From IMG/VR virus record IMGVR_UViG_3300002026_000101: a stretch of 64,000 nt of DNA. One strand, given 5' to 3'. Numbering within the stretch: position 1 is the first letter of the stretch; each line of letters begins with the position of its first letter. Below are positions 20,780 through 29,902 of this stretch, in pieces. Below the pieces are notes generated by a model. It did no database searches. It was not told the DNA's origin and was given only the letters and a program-made list of their open reading frames with translations. Source of the DNA: an uncultured virus (IMG/VR IMGVR_UViG_3300002026_000101). Its lineage: Duplodnaviria; Heunggongvirae; Uroviricota; Caudoviricetes. Position numbers and translations under genes: made by a program.

Positions 20780-20866
20780 TTGTAAATATCTTTTATAATC
20801 AGTTGGTTTGTGTGGGTGGCAGATGTTGTCACCAGCGTATGAAACAATAGGTAAGGAGTTGGTAAG

Positions 20867-21667
20867 ATGATCAAGAGTAAGCAGGCGGCGTATCGGGATT
20901 TGTGTGAGGCGAGGGAGATTGTGGCGTCTATGGGGAAGGTCGGTAAGACGGCTGCTGCTCCCAAGATGCCAACGGTCACTTTGGATCGGCTCCCTGGCCT
21001 TTCCAAGATGCAGACGGATCAGAAGGTTTCGCAGATGGTGAAACTTGACCTTCGTCGCAAGCAGATTCTGGCGCAGGCGGAGGCGGTCATTCGCGAGTGG
21101 CAGTCTATCGACAAGGATGAGGAAGCAGGATTGGAAGAGCTGAAGAATGCCGCCAAACTGGTCAAGGATAAGGGCAATTATATTGTCGAGGCGACGGATG
21201 GATTGATTCAGTTCGGGGCGTTTATGAAGGCGAATACGCCGGGGGTGATGCAGATGATTAACGACGCGGAGTGGGCGGCGAAGAATCCGGACAAGAAGGC
21301 TGGTCAGTTCCTGACTCGCATCGGCACTGCGCTTGGGAAAGAGATTGAGGAAAAGGTCGAGGCGATTTATCGCGAGACAATTGCTGATCTTCAGGACTTT
21401 GGAACCATGATTCGTCAGTTGACGGTTGTCACCAAGACGGCAAGCGTGACACTAGGCACGCTGCGCAAGGCTGGCATTGCCGATAAGGTTCAAGCAATAA
21501 AGAGCTGGCTGTCTGGGAAAGCGTCTGATGTCGCTGGTATGGCTGGAAACATCAAGGCGTGGGTCAAGGGATTTGCTCAGCGCACCAAGATCGTTAAGGA
21601 TTCCAGCGTGTCTTTGGTTCGTTCATTAACCAAGGCTCAGGCTGAAATCGAAAAGTTCATGGGCTAG
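20867..21667 (+). CDS. hypothetical coiled-coil protein
   Basis: 266-aa ORF with AAGGAG RBS, after a motif B variant. Confidence 0.75.
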   Translation: MIKSKQAAYRDLCEAREIVASMGKVGKTAAAPKMPTVTLDRLPGLSKMQTDQKVSQMVKLDLRRKQILAQAEAVIREWQSIDKDEEAGLEELKNAAKLVKDKGNYIVEATDGLIQFGAFMKANTPGVMQMINDAEWAAKNPDKKAGQFLTRIGTALGKEIEEKVEAIYRETIADLQDFGTMIRQLTVVTKTASVTLGTLRKAGIADKVQAIKSWLSGKASDVAGMAGNIKAWVKGFAQRTKIVKDSSVSLVRSLTKAQAEIEKFMG

Positions 21668-21775
21668 AGATTGTCCTACCCGCTGCTCCCCGACTAGCGG
21701 CATGTCACGGATTTACCTCTTTTTTACATCCCTATTTAGATGTTGGAAAAGATGCCAAAACAGACTTGACGGGGG

Positions 21776-22017
21776 CAGGTGGAGTGGGAGCGGGAGGATG
21801 TCATTGCGATGTATTTTGATCCTGCTGGCAAAGCTCCGATCAGCTTGAGCTCGGGTTGCACGCGAAGTCGGAGAAGCTGATCGTGTACGGCCCAGATGGG
21901 TACTGGCGCAAGGGTAATGTCGATGTGACCTGTTCGCGGTACGGGGTTCCTGTCTACGAGGATTATGAGGGGTTCTTGAATGCTGTCAGGAATAGGATCG
22001 TGGAGGTCACGAGATGA
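21776..22017 (+). pseudogene. nucleoside 2-deoxyribosyltransferase-like gene remnant
   Basis: QVEWERE-DVIAMYFDPAGKAPIS / frameshift / ELGLHAKSEKLIVYGPDGYWRKGNVDVTCSRYGVP; no start. Confidence 0.7.
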
Positions 22018-22244
22018 GGGATAAGAACGGGGTGTATTGCGGGGATTCCTTGTGCAAGTGGTGGCGGGGGGTCAAGGCGGTTGTAGACGAGGAGTGCTGC
22101 GGGGGAAAGAAGGTCAAGCGGGCAAAAGTCGATTGTGGTCTGTTCGGGGTGGTAAAGGCGGAGCCAGTGTGCAATCCTACCTGTACGAATCGCACCATTC
22201 GTAGTTAGTGGTGCGGCGTATAATGGTGGAAAGGGGGATTCGCA

Positions 22245-22532
22245 ATGACTGGTAAGGTGGATAGGTTGTTTCTGGAGCGTGGGTGTCCTGCGTGCGCGGC
22301 TGTTCGTGCGTCTGTAAGCATGGACACAATGATCAGTGATTCTGTTCTCGGGGCTGACGGTCAGCAGCTCCATGTCTTCGGGGCTTTGTCTTCGATGGCA
22401 TCCGCTGATATGCTTGATCACTATAACCAGTCGGGACAGCGTGCTCCCCTGTTGGTAAAGGATAGCGGGGAGGCACTATCAGAGCCGAACCGCATTGTTG
22501 CTTACCTGAAACAGCAGTGCTTCGGTCTGTAA
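22245..22532 (+). CDS. glutaredoxin/thioredoxin-like protein
   Basis: N-terminal GCPAC and a late RAPLLV strand; preceded by GGCGTATAAT. Confidence 0.55.
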   Translation: MTGKVDRLFLERGCPACAAVRASVSMDTMISDSVLGADGQQLHVFGALSSMASADMLDHYNQSGQRAPLLVKDSGEALSEPNRIVAYLKQQCFGL

Positions 22533-22776
22533 GGGGGCTTGCCCAGCAGACGACAATGATGTTCAGCTTGCGGTGGCTTGTATCAAGCAGTGGTGCTTGA
22601 AGTATCTTGAGCAGGAGTTGGAAGTGACCTGCCAGAAGGATCACCGGATGGATCTGATATTTGATGACAAGGCAAGACAGGTGCGGAGGAACAGAGGGGT
22701 GATTGTCGGGCAGGAGACAAAGCCTGTTAGGAAAGATTGATATTTGCGGCATTTGTAAAGAAGGAGGTAGGAGAGA

Positions 22777-23730
22777 ATGAGCTTTAATGTATTTGTGGCG
22801 GCGAGGCGGTTGTTGGCACGGGAGCTTTCCTGGCTCGGGCCGATTGTGAAAGAGGTCATCGAGGAGCAGTATATCCCAGAGCTCCAGGAGAAGGCTGAAA
22901 AGGCTGATGGGGCGAAGCGGGATGCGTACGGGACGCTGATCGAGGAGTATCGGGAGTATGCCGACCCCCGCAATCCTAAGTATGGTGTCTTTGACAAGCA
23001 GGCTTACATTGTCATGTCCGACACTGCCCGCTCCTTCAAGTTCGACGAGTTCGCCAAGGATGATATGGTTCAGAGTCTGGCAGTCAAGTTTATCACCGAT
23101 CCCGCTTTCAAACGGGTCTTTGACGGGTTCAATGTCGAGAACGGGCCGAAAAGTCTTGCTGGGTTGATGAATCGGGTGATCCGCCTTCGTTCAAAGAACA
23201 TTGTGCGGGATGAGTTGCGGCATAACCCGATGTTCCATCAGGAGCCGATGTTGGATGATTCGGAAGATATTCATAGCGACAGTGAGGACTTTGACCAGCC
23301 CGCTGCGGTCGGGGAGGCGACGGATGATGAGGAAGGGCTGTTGCAGAACGAGCGGATGGCTTTGCGGGATATGCAAGATGACATGGTTCGTTATATGCGG
23401 CAGAACCTAAAGAGTGATTCCGCGAAGGTCATCTTCACGTCATGGGTCAATCATGCGACGGAGCGCGGGCCGAGCAACGTGAAAATGGGACAGGTTTTTG
23501 ATGATGCTTTGAGAATGATGGGTGATATGAACATGGAGCCGATCAAACAAGCTATGCTGTATCGGCTGTGGACTCATGTGAAGGTGGAGATGGCTAACTT
23601 CTTCGAGAAGGAGCTGAAAGTCAAGCTGACGCCAAGCATGAAACAGAAATTAAAGATTGCGGGCGATCTTGCGGTTGCTTATGTTTCGTTCAGGCGTAAA
23701 ATAGCAGCGTGGGTACTGGGGCGGATGTAA
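22777..23730 (+). CDS. divergent sigma-70/ECF-like factor
   Basis: DDMVQSL...FDGF...SLAGLMNRVIRLRSKNIVRDELR resembles region 2; helical C-terminus may be region 4. Confidence 0.5.
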   Translation: MSFNVFVAARRLLARELSWLGPIVKEVIEEQYIPELQEKAEKADGAKRDAYGTLIEEYREYADPRNPKYGVFDKQAYIVMSDTARSFKFDEFAKDDMVQSLAVKFITDPAFKRVFDGFNVENGPKSLAGLMNRVIRLRSKNIVRDELRHNPMFHQEPMLDDSEDIHSDSEDFDQPAAVGEATDDEEGLLQNERMALRDMQDDMVRYMRQNLKSDSAKVIFTSWVNHATERGPSNVKMGQVFDDALRMMGDMNMEPIKQAMLYRLWTHVKVEMANFFEKELKVKLTPSMKQKLKIAGDLAVAYVSFRRKIAAWVLGRM

Positions 23731-23756
23731 GGGTATTAAAGCGGGAGGCGAGGGGT

Positions 23757-24209
23757 ATGCCGGTCTATGACTATGAGTGTAAGAAGTGCGGTGAAGGCAC
23801 CGAGATTTCACACAAGGCGGGGGAGGAGAAGTTCATCAAGTGCGTGGCTTGCGGCGGGAAGATGCGCAAGGTCGTGTCAGGGTTCTACGTGGGGAACCTT
23901 GGACGGCCAAGAACGTCTGGACGTAACTGCGAGTCGGATATGCGGGCGGAGATGAAGGAGGACTTCGGCATCGAGGACTTCAAGCCGATTACCGCCAAGG
24001 GCGTCGGGGAGGTTTATCAGAACGTCAAGCAGCAGGGTGGATTGGTCAAGGAACAGATGGCGGCAAGGCGCGAGCAGACGGATAGGACGCAGAAGGACAA
24101 GATGAAAAGCTGGCATCGGGACGCAGTAAAGCGAACACCAGAGCGGGCGCGGGAGAAGATTGATCGGCGCAAGGCGGAGGATTACTCCAAGCGTCGTGTG
24201 TCGGTGTAG
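23757..24209 (+). CDS. FmdB-family zinc-ribbon protein
   Basis: MPVYDYECKKCG...KCVACGGKMRKVVS. Confidence 0.8.
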   Translation: MPVYDYECKKCGEGTEISHKAGEEKFIKCVACGGKMRKVVSGFYVGNLGRPRTSGRNCESDMRAEMKEDFGIEDFKPITAKGVGEVYQNVKQQGGLVKEQMAARREQTDRTQKDKMKSWHRDAVKRTPERAREKIDRRKAEDYSKRRVSV

Positions 24210-24263
24210 GTTTTGTTTTCAGGCTGGTTTCAGTCTGACAGTATTCAAACAGAGGGTGAGATT

Positions 24264-24644
24264 ATGGCGTTCGAGTTCAAGGACTGCGAGATCAGGCACG
24301 TACCCATTTCGGTACTGCGGCCAGCGGAGTACCTTGAGTTTGGAAATTGGTTTGCGGGGTTCATTGCTGCTGAACGGTTGTCAGCTTCTTTTGTCATAAA
24401 AAGAGGCAGTAAATTTCCAGTGTTAGACATGCAAGTTAGAGGGATCTCAAGATGTAAAAAGTTAATTGAAGTTTTTGGCAAACACAAACTTCGGTCTAAA
24501 AAGCTACGAGACTTCGAGCAATGGAGTAATATCACTTCTACCCTTTCCGAGTTGCCTCGTGGGGATAGAAATGGTGGTGTATACAAAACCATGGTATTAG
24601 AGCTTATAGAAAAATTCAGGAGAGACCGAAGATATGAATGCTGA
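24264..24644 (+). pseudogene. degenerate LAGLIDADG endonuclease fused to the original ParB N-terminus
   Basis: MAFEFKDCEIRHVPISVLRPAEY then NWFAGFIAAE and FGKHKLRSKKLRDFEQW; central part appears deleted; AT-rich. Confidence 0.7.
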
Positions 24645-24693
24645 AATGGTGATAAAAAGAAAAAGTCTGTCAGATTTACATGGTGCGGAGTAC
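24324..24693 (+). mobile_element. LAGLIDADG element bounded by GCGGAGTAC direct repeats, carrying a replacement ParB 5' end
   Basis: GCGGAGTAC (AEY) at 24324-24332 and 24685-24693. Confidence 0.7.
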
Positions 24694-25206
24694 AACCCGC
24701 GTACGATCAGACCCGAGGCGCTAGAGAGTCTTGGGGTCAGCATGTCCCGTTTCGGGATGATGGTTCCTATCGTCTGGAATGAGCGGACGGGCAATGTCGT
24801 TGGTGGTCATCAGCGGCTTAACAGGCTTGTCGAGAGCGGGGAGACGGAGACGGACGTTGTCGTCGTTGACCTAGACCATAACGAGGAGGTCGCGCTGAAC
24901 ATCACCCTGAATAACCCTAAGATCAGGGGCAGGTTCACAAAGGACGTGGTAGAGGCACTGGAGCGGACGAAGGAGTACATGGGGGATGCGTTCGCGGAGA
25001 TCGGGCTGAAAGACCTGCTGGATTTCATGGGTAAGTTGAAGTTCGATGCGCCAGAGCCAAAGTCAAGCAAGCCAGTTGACCACACGGATGATGGTGGGGG
25101 TGAAGGGGGAGGGGCGCAAAAGGTGTTGGTCGTATGTCCACGGTGCAGGGGGAAGTTCACGCTGGAGGGGCGCAAGATAGTCAACGCGGGGGAGGCGGCA
25201 GAATGA
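24634..25206 (+). CDS. ParB/Srx N-terminal-domain protein
   Basis: AEYNPR...SMSRFG...PIVWNERTGNVVGGHQRL; C-terminal CPRC. Confidence 0.85.
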   Translation: MNAEMVIKRKSLSDLHGAEYNPRTIRPEALESLGVSMSRFGMMVPIVWNERTGNVVGGHQRLNRLVESGETETDVVVVDLDHNEEVALNITLNNPKIRGRFTKDVVEALERTKEYMGDAFAEIGLKDLLDFMGKLKFDAPEPKSSKPVDHTDDGGGEGGGAQKVLVVCPRCRGKFTLEGRKIVNAGEAAE

Positions 25207-25754
25207 CCACTTGGGAAATCGTAAAGATGAAACTGGAGGAGTTGAGGCCGTACCGAGGGAATCCACGGGAGATCGCAAAGGACGCGCTTGTGGGGCTGGA
25301 GGAGTCGGTAAAGCGGTTCGGGTACGTGGAGCCGATCATCTGGAACAAGAGAACCAAGCACATCGTTGGGGGGCACCAGCGGTTCGAGGTGCTGCGCAAG
25401 AACGGGGTTGAGGAGGCGTCGGTGGTTGTGGTGGATATGCCACAGGAGGATGAGCTTGCGGCAAACATTACGCTTAACAACCCCGAGGTGGAGGGGGAGT
25501 GGGATTCCACGGCTGGGGATCTTATTGCGTCGGTGGAGCGGGAAACGCCAGACCTTTTCAAGTCTTTACGGATTGACGGGCTTCGGGATAAGCTGGAGGG
25601 GGCAAAGCCGAGGCGGGCGGAGGATTCCTATAAAGACAAGAATAAAGAGATCACGGATACCGACTTGACTGGGAAGGATGATATGGAGTGTCCTTGCTGC
25701 GGGTTCAAGTGGGAGGTTGACGAGAACGATGTCGTATTGTCGGAGGCCGAATGA
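25203..25754 (+). CDS. ParB/Srx N-terminal-domain protein (paralogue)
   Basis: NPREI...SVKRFGYVEPIIWNKRTKHIVGGHQRF; C-terminal CPCCG. Confidence 0.85.
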   Translation: MTTWEIVKMKLEELRPYRGNPREIAKDALVGLEESVKRFGYVEPIIWNKRTKHIVGGHQRFEVLRKNGVEEASVVVVDMPQEDELAANITLNNPEVEGEWDSTAGDLIASVERETPDLFKSLRIDGLRDKLEGAKPRRAEDSYKDKNKEITDTDLTGKDDMECPCCGFKWEVDENDVVLSEAE

Positions 25755-26833
25755 GCGGACATCGTTTCCCGTATAAGTGGCAGAAGACAGATTTGGCGAG
25801 GGTAAAGCCGAACGGACTAAAAGTATTTTCCACGTTTGCTTGTGGCGGCGGGAGCGACTTCGGGTACGAAATGATCGGGTGTGACGTTCTCGGTATAAAC
25901 GAGATCGACAAGGAGATGGTGGCATTCTATAAGGTCAATCATCAAGTAGACCATGTCTTCCACGAGCCGATCCAGACATTCAAACTGCGGGATGACTTGC
26001 CGAAAGATCTGTTCAACTTGGACATATTTTCGGGATCGCCACCCTGTTCCACATTCTCAATGTCGGGGTTTAGAGAGGCGGCATGGGGAAAGGAAAAGAA
26101 GTTCAAAGAGGGGCAGTCCGAGCAGGTGTTGTCAGACTTGTTCTTTGACTATCTTGATGTGGTTGAAAAGCTGCGGCCCAAGGTGGCGATTGCGGAAAAT
26201 GTCAAGGGGATGATTTCAGGCAAGGCGAAAGGATATTGTCGGCTTGTGCTGGACCGATTCAGGGATCTGGGGTATGAGCCTCAGCTTTTTCTGCTGAACG
26301 CTGCATCAATGGGTGTGCCGCAGATGCGGGAGAGGGTGTTTTTCATTGCGAGGCGCAAGGAATTACAGTTAAAGCCTTTGGTTTTGAACTTCGACGAGAA
26401 ACCGATTACATTCGGCGAGGTAGCGGCCTGCCTGCCTTTCCAAGATTTGGATGAAACAAAGATTAGCGATGCGTTTTTGAGATTATGGGAGATGACAAGG
26501 CAAGGAGGGTCATTCTGCGACGTGCTGGAGGCGGCTGGAAGTTCAAGGAAATTATTTAATTCTTATAGGTTATCTGATACGTCTGTTTGTTTCACGTTGA
26601 CGGCGGTCGGTGGGTTGTATCATCCTACGGAGGTGAGGGCTATAAGCTCGCCGGAGGTTTGTTTAATCGGGTCATATCCTTACGACTACGATTTCCTAGG
26701 GGAGAACTTGGCAAAGAAGATTTATGTGATCGGGATGAGTGTTCCCCCTGTGATGATGGCGCAGATTGCAGCGCAGGTCGCGGAGCAGTTTTTCGGGGTA
26801 AGCGGGGATTCAATATCTGAGGCATGGAGGTGA
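25751..26833 (+). CDS. DNA (cytosine-5) methyltransferase
   Basis: FACGGG (I), GSPPC (IV), ENVKG (VI), QMRERVF (VIII), IGMSVPP (X). Confidence 0.92.
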   Translation: MSGHRFPYKWQKTDLARVKPNGLKVFSTFACGGGSDFGYEMIGCDVLGINEIDKEMVAFYKVNHQVDHVFHEPIQTFKLRDDLPKDLFNLDIFSGSPPCSTFSMSGFREAAWGKEKKFKEGQSEQVLSDLFFDYLDVVEKLRPKVAIAENVKGMISGKAKGYCRLVLDRFRDLGYEPQLFLLNAASMGVPQMRERVFFIARRKELQLKPLVLNFDEKPITFGEVAACLPFQDLDETKISDAFLRLWEMTRQGGSFCDVLEAAGSSRKLFNSYRLSDTSVCFTLTAVGGLYHPTEVRAISSPEVCLIGSYPYDYDFLGENLAKKIYVIGMSVPPVMMAQIAAQVAEQFFGVSGDSISEAWR

Positions 26834-26837
26834 TCGA

Positions 26838-27677
26838 GTGAGGGTGCTTTGCATAGACGGGGGCGGGGTGTTCGGGGTGGGGCCTGCTGCGATCATTGAA
26901 ATGGCTGGGGTTCAGGCAACGATAGACAAGTTCGATGCGTTTGTGGGAACGTCAATCGGGTCGGTGATTGCCGTGTCGCTTGCGATGGGAAAGAACGCGG
27001 CTGTAAGTCGGGACTACTTCCACAACGAGATGCCGAGGATATTCAAGAGGAATGCGTGGAGGCAGAGGTTATCACTGTTTTGCGCAAAGTACGGGGACGA
27101 GGGGCTGAACAAGTCGTTGCAGGGGATATTCGACGGGGCTCCGATGCTCGCTTGCAAGAAGCCCGTGTTCGTGACAGCGGCTGATGTGGGGAGTAGGAAC
27201 CTGAAAGTTTTCAAGTCCACTGACTTCAATGATGGTGCGTGGCGGGCTTGGGAGGTGTGTCGGGCGGCGACGGCTGCGGAGACCTACTTCCCAGCGTGGA
27301 AGGGGCTTGCCGATGGTGGGGTGTTTGCGAACAACCCGACAATGGTAGGGATTGCTGGCGTCAGCAGGTCGTTGAATGTCCCGTTGACGGAAATCGAGGT
27401 GTTCTCCATCGGGACGGGTGACAAGTCGGGATACTCCTCCCGTGTACCCAAGGGCAAGATCGGCTGGGGTGCTTGGCTGATCGAGGCAATGCTTGATGGG
27501 GCTGCGGACAAGATGCACGAGTATTTTGCGAGGTCGATGCCGCTAAAGAGCTATCAGCGGTGGCAGTTCATTCGGAATCCAGAGTGGCAGATGGATGACC
27601 CGAAGTGTATGTTCAAGGCCGAGATGGAATGGGCAAGTGATCTTGCAAAAGCAACGGATGCGTTAAAGGCGTTCTAA
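26838..27677 (+). CDS. patatin-like phospholipase
   Basis: DGGGVFG, GTSIG (nucleophile Ser), DGGVFANNP. Confidence 0.9.
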   Translation: MRVLCIDGGGVFGVGPAAIIEMAGVQATIDKFDAFVGTSIGSVIAVSLAMGKNAAVSRDYFHNEMPRIFKRNAWRQRLSLFCAKYGDEGLNKSLQGIFDGAPMLACKKPVFVTAADVGSRNLKVFKSTDFNDGAWRAWEVCRAATAAETYFPAWKGLADGGVFANNPTMVGIAGVSRSLNVPLTEIEVFSIGTGDKSGYSSRVPKGKIGWGAWLIEAMLDGAADKMHEYFARSMPLKSYQRWQFIRNPEWQMDDPKCMFKAEMEWASDLAKATDALKAF

Positions 27678-27694
27678 GTGGATCGGATTTAATT

Positions 27695-28105
27695 ATGTCT
27701 GAATTATTTGGAGACGTGCTGGGGCGGTTCAAGGCAAGCGAGGACGCGGAGGATCTAACTCCCCTTATCGACGATGGGGTATTGCGCAATGGCGTGGTGG
27801 CTTGGAAGTCCATCAAGGTATCAATCAATGCTGACCTAGCGCAAAATGGCTGTGATTTTGATGACCGCTCCGAGCGGTGGGAATGGCTGTGGTCTTGCGT
27901 GGCATTTGATCTGGGGCAGTTCGCGGTAGTTGCTGGGGCAAGGGCGCAGGATGCCCGAGACCTGTTTATCAGGTTGAAAGGGCTTCGGCTTATCTATCCC
28001 GACGGGACAATAAATAAACTTGCCAAAGACCTGTTGCAGGCGATAATCATGGAACGTATAAGCAAGGCGATGAAATCCAAAGGCGCGAAGGGAGCTGTGA
28101 AATGA
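27695..28105 (+). CDS. hypothetical protein
   Basis: 136-aa ORF coupled to next gene. Confidence 0.7.
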   Translation: MSELFGDVLGRFKASEDAEDLTPLIDDGVLRNGVVAWKSIKVSINADLAQNGCDFDDRSERWEWLWSCVAFDLGQFAVVAGARAQDARDLFIRLKGLRLIYPDGTINKLAKDLLQAIIMERISKAMKSKGAKGAVK

Positions 28106-29337
28106 TAAGCAAGATGTGGGGGCGTCGCAAGGTTTCGGATTCCGAGTTTGATTCGAGGTTGCGGGTGCTGCGGAGCAAGTTCGAGGGGGAGCGCACGACA
28201 CTGTACCTTGACAATGCCGCGACAACGGCGATTGACCCCGAGGTGGTACAGGCAATGGGGCGGCATAATCTGATGGCGAAGAACGCGTCTGCTGTCCATA
28301 TCAACGGGCTTGACGGGGCAGACTGCGTGTGGGAGGGGATTGAGCGGGTTGCGGAATCAATCGGGGCGGAGGATCGGGATATTTATTTCACGTCTGGCGG
28401 TACGGAATCAAATAACTGGGCGTTGAAGGGTGTGGTGGCTAAGACGGGCAAAGGCGGGCTGGTCATCGGGGCTGGCGAACACCAATCCATCTCCAAGTGC
28501 GCACACTGGATGAATGGGGGTATGGCGGAATTATCTATTGCTGGTTTGTTGCCAGATGGCCGCGTGGATATGGATAGCCTTAAAGGGTGTCTGGAGAACG
28601 GAGCGGTAGGACTGGTCAGCATCCAGCACTCCAACAGCGACACGGGCGTAATAAACGACATCCCAGCGATTTCAGAATTAGTTCACAAGGCGGGGGCTTT
28701 GCTCCATGTCGATGCTGTCCAGTCATGGGGCAAGGTTGAATTAAATGTCGGGAAGCTGGGCGTGGATTTAATGACCTTGTCGGGACACAAGATTCACGGG
28801 CCGCAGGGCATTGGCGTATTGTACATTCGTGACGGGGTGGAGATAGAGCCATTGATTCACGGGGGCGGGCAGCAGCGTGGGAAGCGGGCGGGGACATTGC
28901 CTGTCCAATTGATTGTCGGGCTAGGGGTGGCTGCAGCGCAGGCGCGTGTGGACGTAAAGATGAACATGGACGTGGTGCGGGATAGCCAGTATTTCATGGA
29001 GTGTTTGTTAAGGGATCGGTTCGGGGCTAAGATCGCGGGGGACGGTTCGGACAGGCTGCCTACGATATCGAAGATCATTCTGGGTGGTGATGTCGAGGCG
29101 GATATGGTCTGTGCCTTGCTGTCGCAAGATGGGATCATGGTATCTGTCGGGTCTGCGTGTGATTCAGTTAATTCGGGATCATCGCTGGTTTTGCGTGCGA
29201 TGGGGTATAATGAGGTTGAAGCGAGGAGTGCATTCAGGGTTAGCCTGTGCCGAGGGACGACGCGGCGGGATGTGCTTGGGCTTGTCGATGGCCTTGGTAG
29301 GGCACTAAGGCGGGTAAGGGAACAGGGGTTGATATGA
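28102..29337 (+). CDS. cysteine desulfurase (IscS/NifS/DndA type)
   Basis: YLDNAATT, FTSGGTESNN, HVDAVQ, SGHKIHGPQG (PLP Lys), SVGSAC (catalytic Cys). Confidence 0.92.
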   Translation: MISKMWGRRKVSDSEFDSRLRVLRSKFEGERTTLYLDNAATTAIDPEVVQAMGRHNLMAKNASAVHINGLDGADCVWEGIERVAESIGAEDRDIYFTSGGTESNNWALKGVVAKTGKGGLVIGAGEHQSISKCAHWMNGGMAELSIAGLLPDGRVDMDSLKGCLENGAVGLVSIQHSNSDTGVINDIPAISELVHKAGALLHVDAVQSWGKVELNVGKLGVDLMTLSGHKIHGPQGIGVLYIRDGVEIEPLIHGGGQQRGKRAGTLPVQLIVGLGVAAAQARVDVKMNMDVVRDSQYFMECLLRDRFGAKIAGDGSDRLPTISKIILGGDVEADMVCALLSQDGIMVSVGSACDSVNSGSSLVLRAMGYNEVEARSAFRVSLCRGTTRRDVLGLVDGLGRALRRVREQGLI

Positions 29338-29702
29338 ACAAGCAGGAAAGTGATCGATTGCTTTCGATGGCGGGATTCATTGGCATGGTTGCCGTAGGGT
29401 GGGTAGGATACGTTGTGGCAATAGACGGATGGATGCACGGGGGGGTTGAGTTGTCGAAGTTCATGCTGGTGTACGGGGTCGGTTATTCCCTCGGGGTGAT
29501 CAAGGCAACGGAAAAGATACGGAATCAGGTCGGTGGGTTAATTAAAAGCACATCCGCCTCTATGGGGGTTCGTGTCGCAGCCCGTTTGATTCGTGACCTG
29601 GTCAGGAACAAGGAGCAAGCGGAGGCTGCGGCGGTGGATGCGGAGAAGATCGTGGATGAGGAGGTTCAGGCTCAATTAACCGCCTTGGCTCGTTTAATTT
29701 AA
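29334..29702 (+). CDS. two-transmembrane-segment protein
   Basis: Two hydrophobic stretches followed by a coiled tail. Confidence 0.6.
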   Translation: MNKQESDRLLSMAGFIGMVAVGWVGYVVAIDGWMHGGVELSKFMLVYGVGYSLGVIKATEKIRNQVGGLIKSTSASMGVRVAARLIRDLVRNKEQAEAAAVDAEKIVDEEVQAQLTALARLI

Positions 29703-29745
29703 TGATTGCATATAATTCGCAGATTGTTTAATATGATAATCAGTT

Positions 29746-29845
29746 CAAAGGCGCAGTGGTGGAAGGTAGACACGTTGGGAGCCGTCGCTGCCCAGCCCTG
29801 CTTAACGCAGGATTGCCAAGTGACCAATCTTGGCCTGCGCTTTTG
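29746..29845 (+). ncRNA. tRNA-like RNA (long variable arm, atypical anticodon and T loops)
   Basis: Acceptor GGCGCAG/CTGCGCT; D-arm GTG-GAAGGTAGA-CAC; TTGGG/CCCAG; CCTGC/GCAGG; GCCAAG/CTTGGC. Confidence 0.6.
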
Positions 29846-29902
29846 CTTTTAAGACCGTCGGTACAATTGTGCTGGCGGTCTTTTTGTTTAATCAAGGAGG
29901 AG

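Noticed and set aside
21674..21800. Rod-shaped, 6S-like RNA
   Set aside because: The 3' arm of the outer stem is the coding remnant QVEWERED of a pseudogene, and the remaining pairings are too weak to call.
26838..27677. CBASS or other defence system around the patatin gene
   Set aside because: No cyclase or other defence partner is recognisable nearby.
29756..29902. N-terminal extension of the MTase::PLP ORF
   Set aside because: It overlaps the tRNA-like RNA, and a strong AAGGAGG RBS supports ATG 29903.
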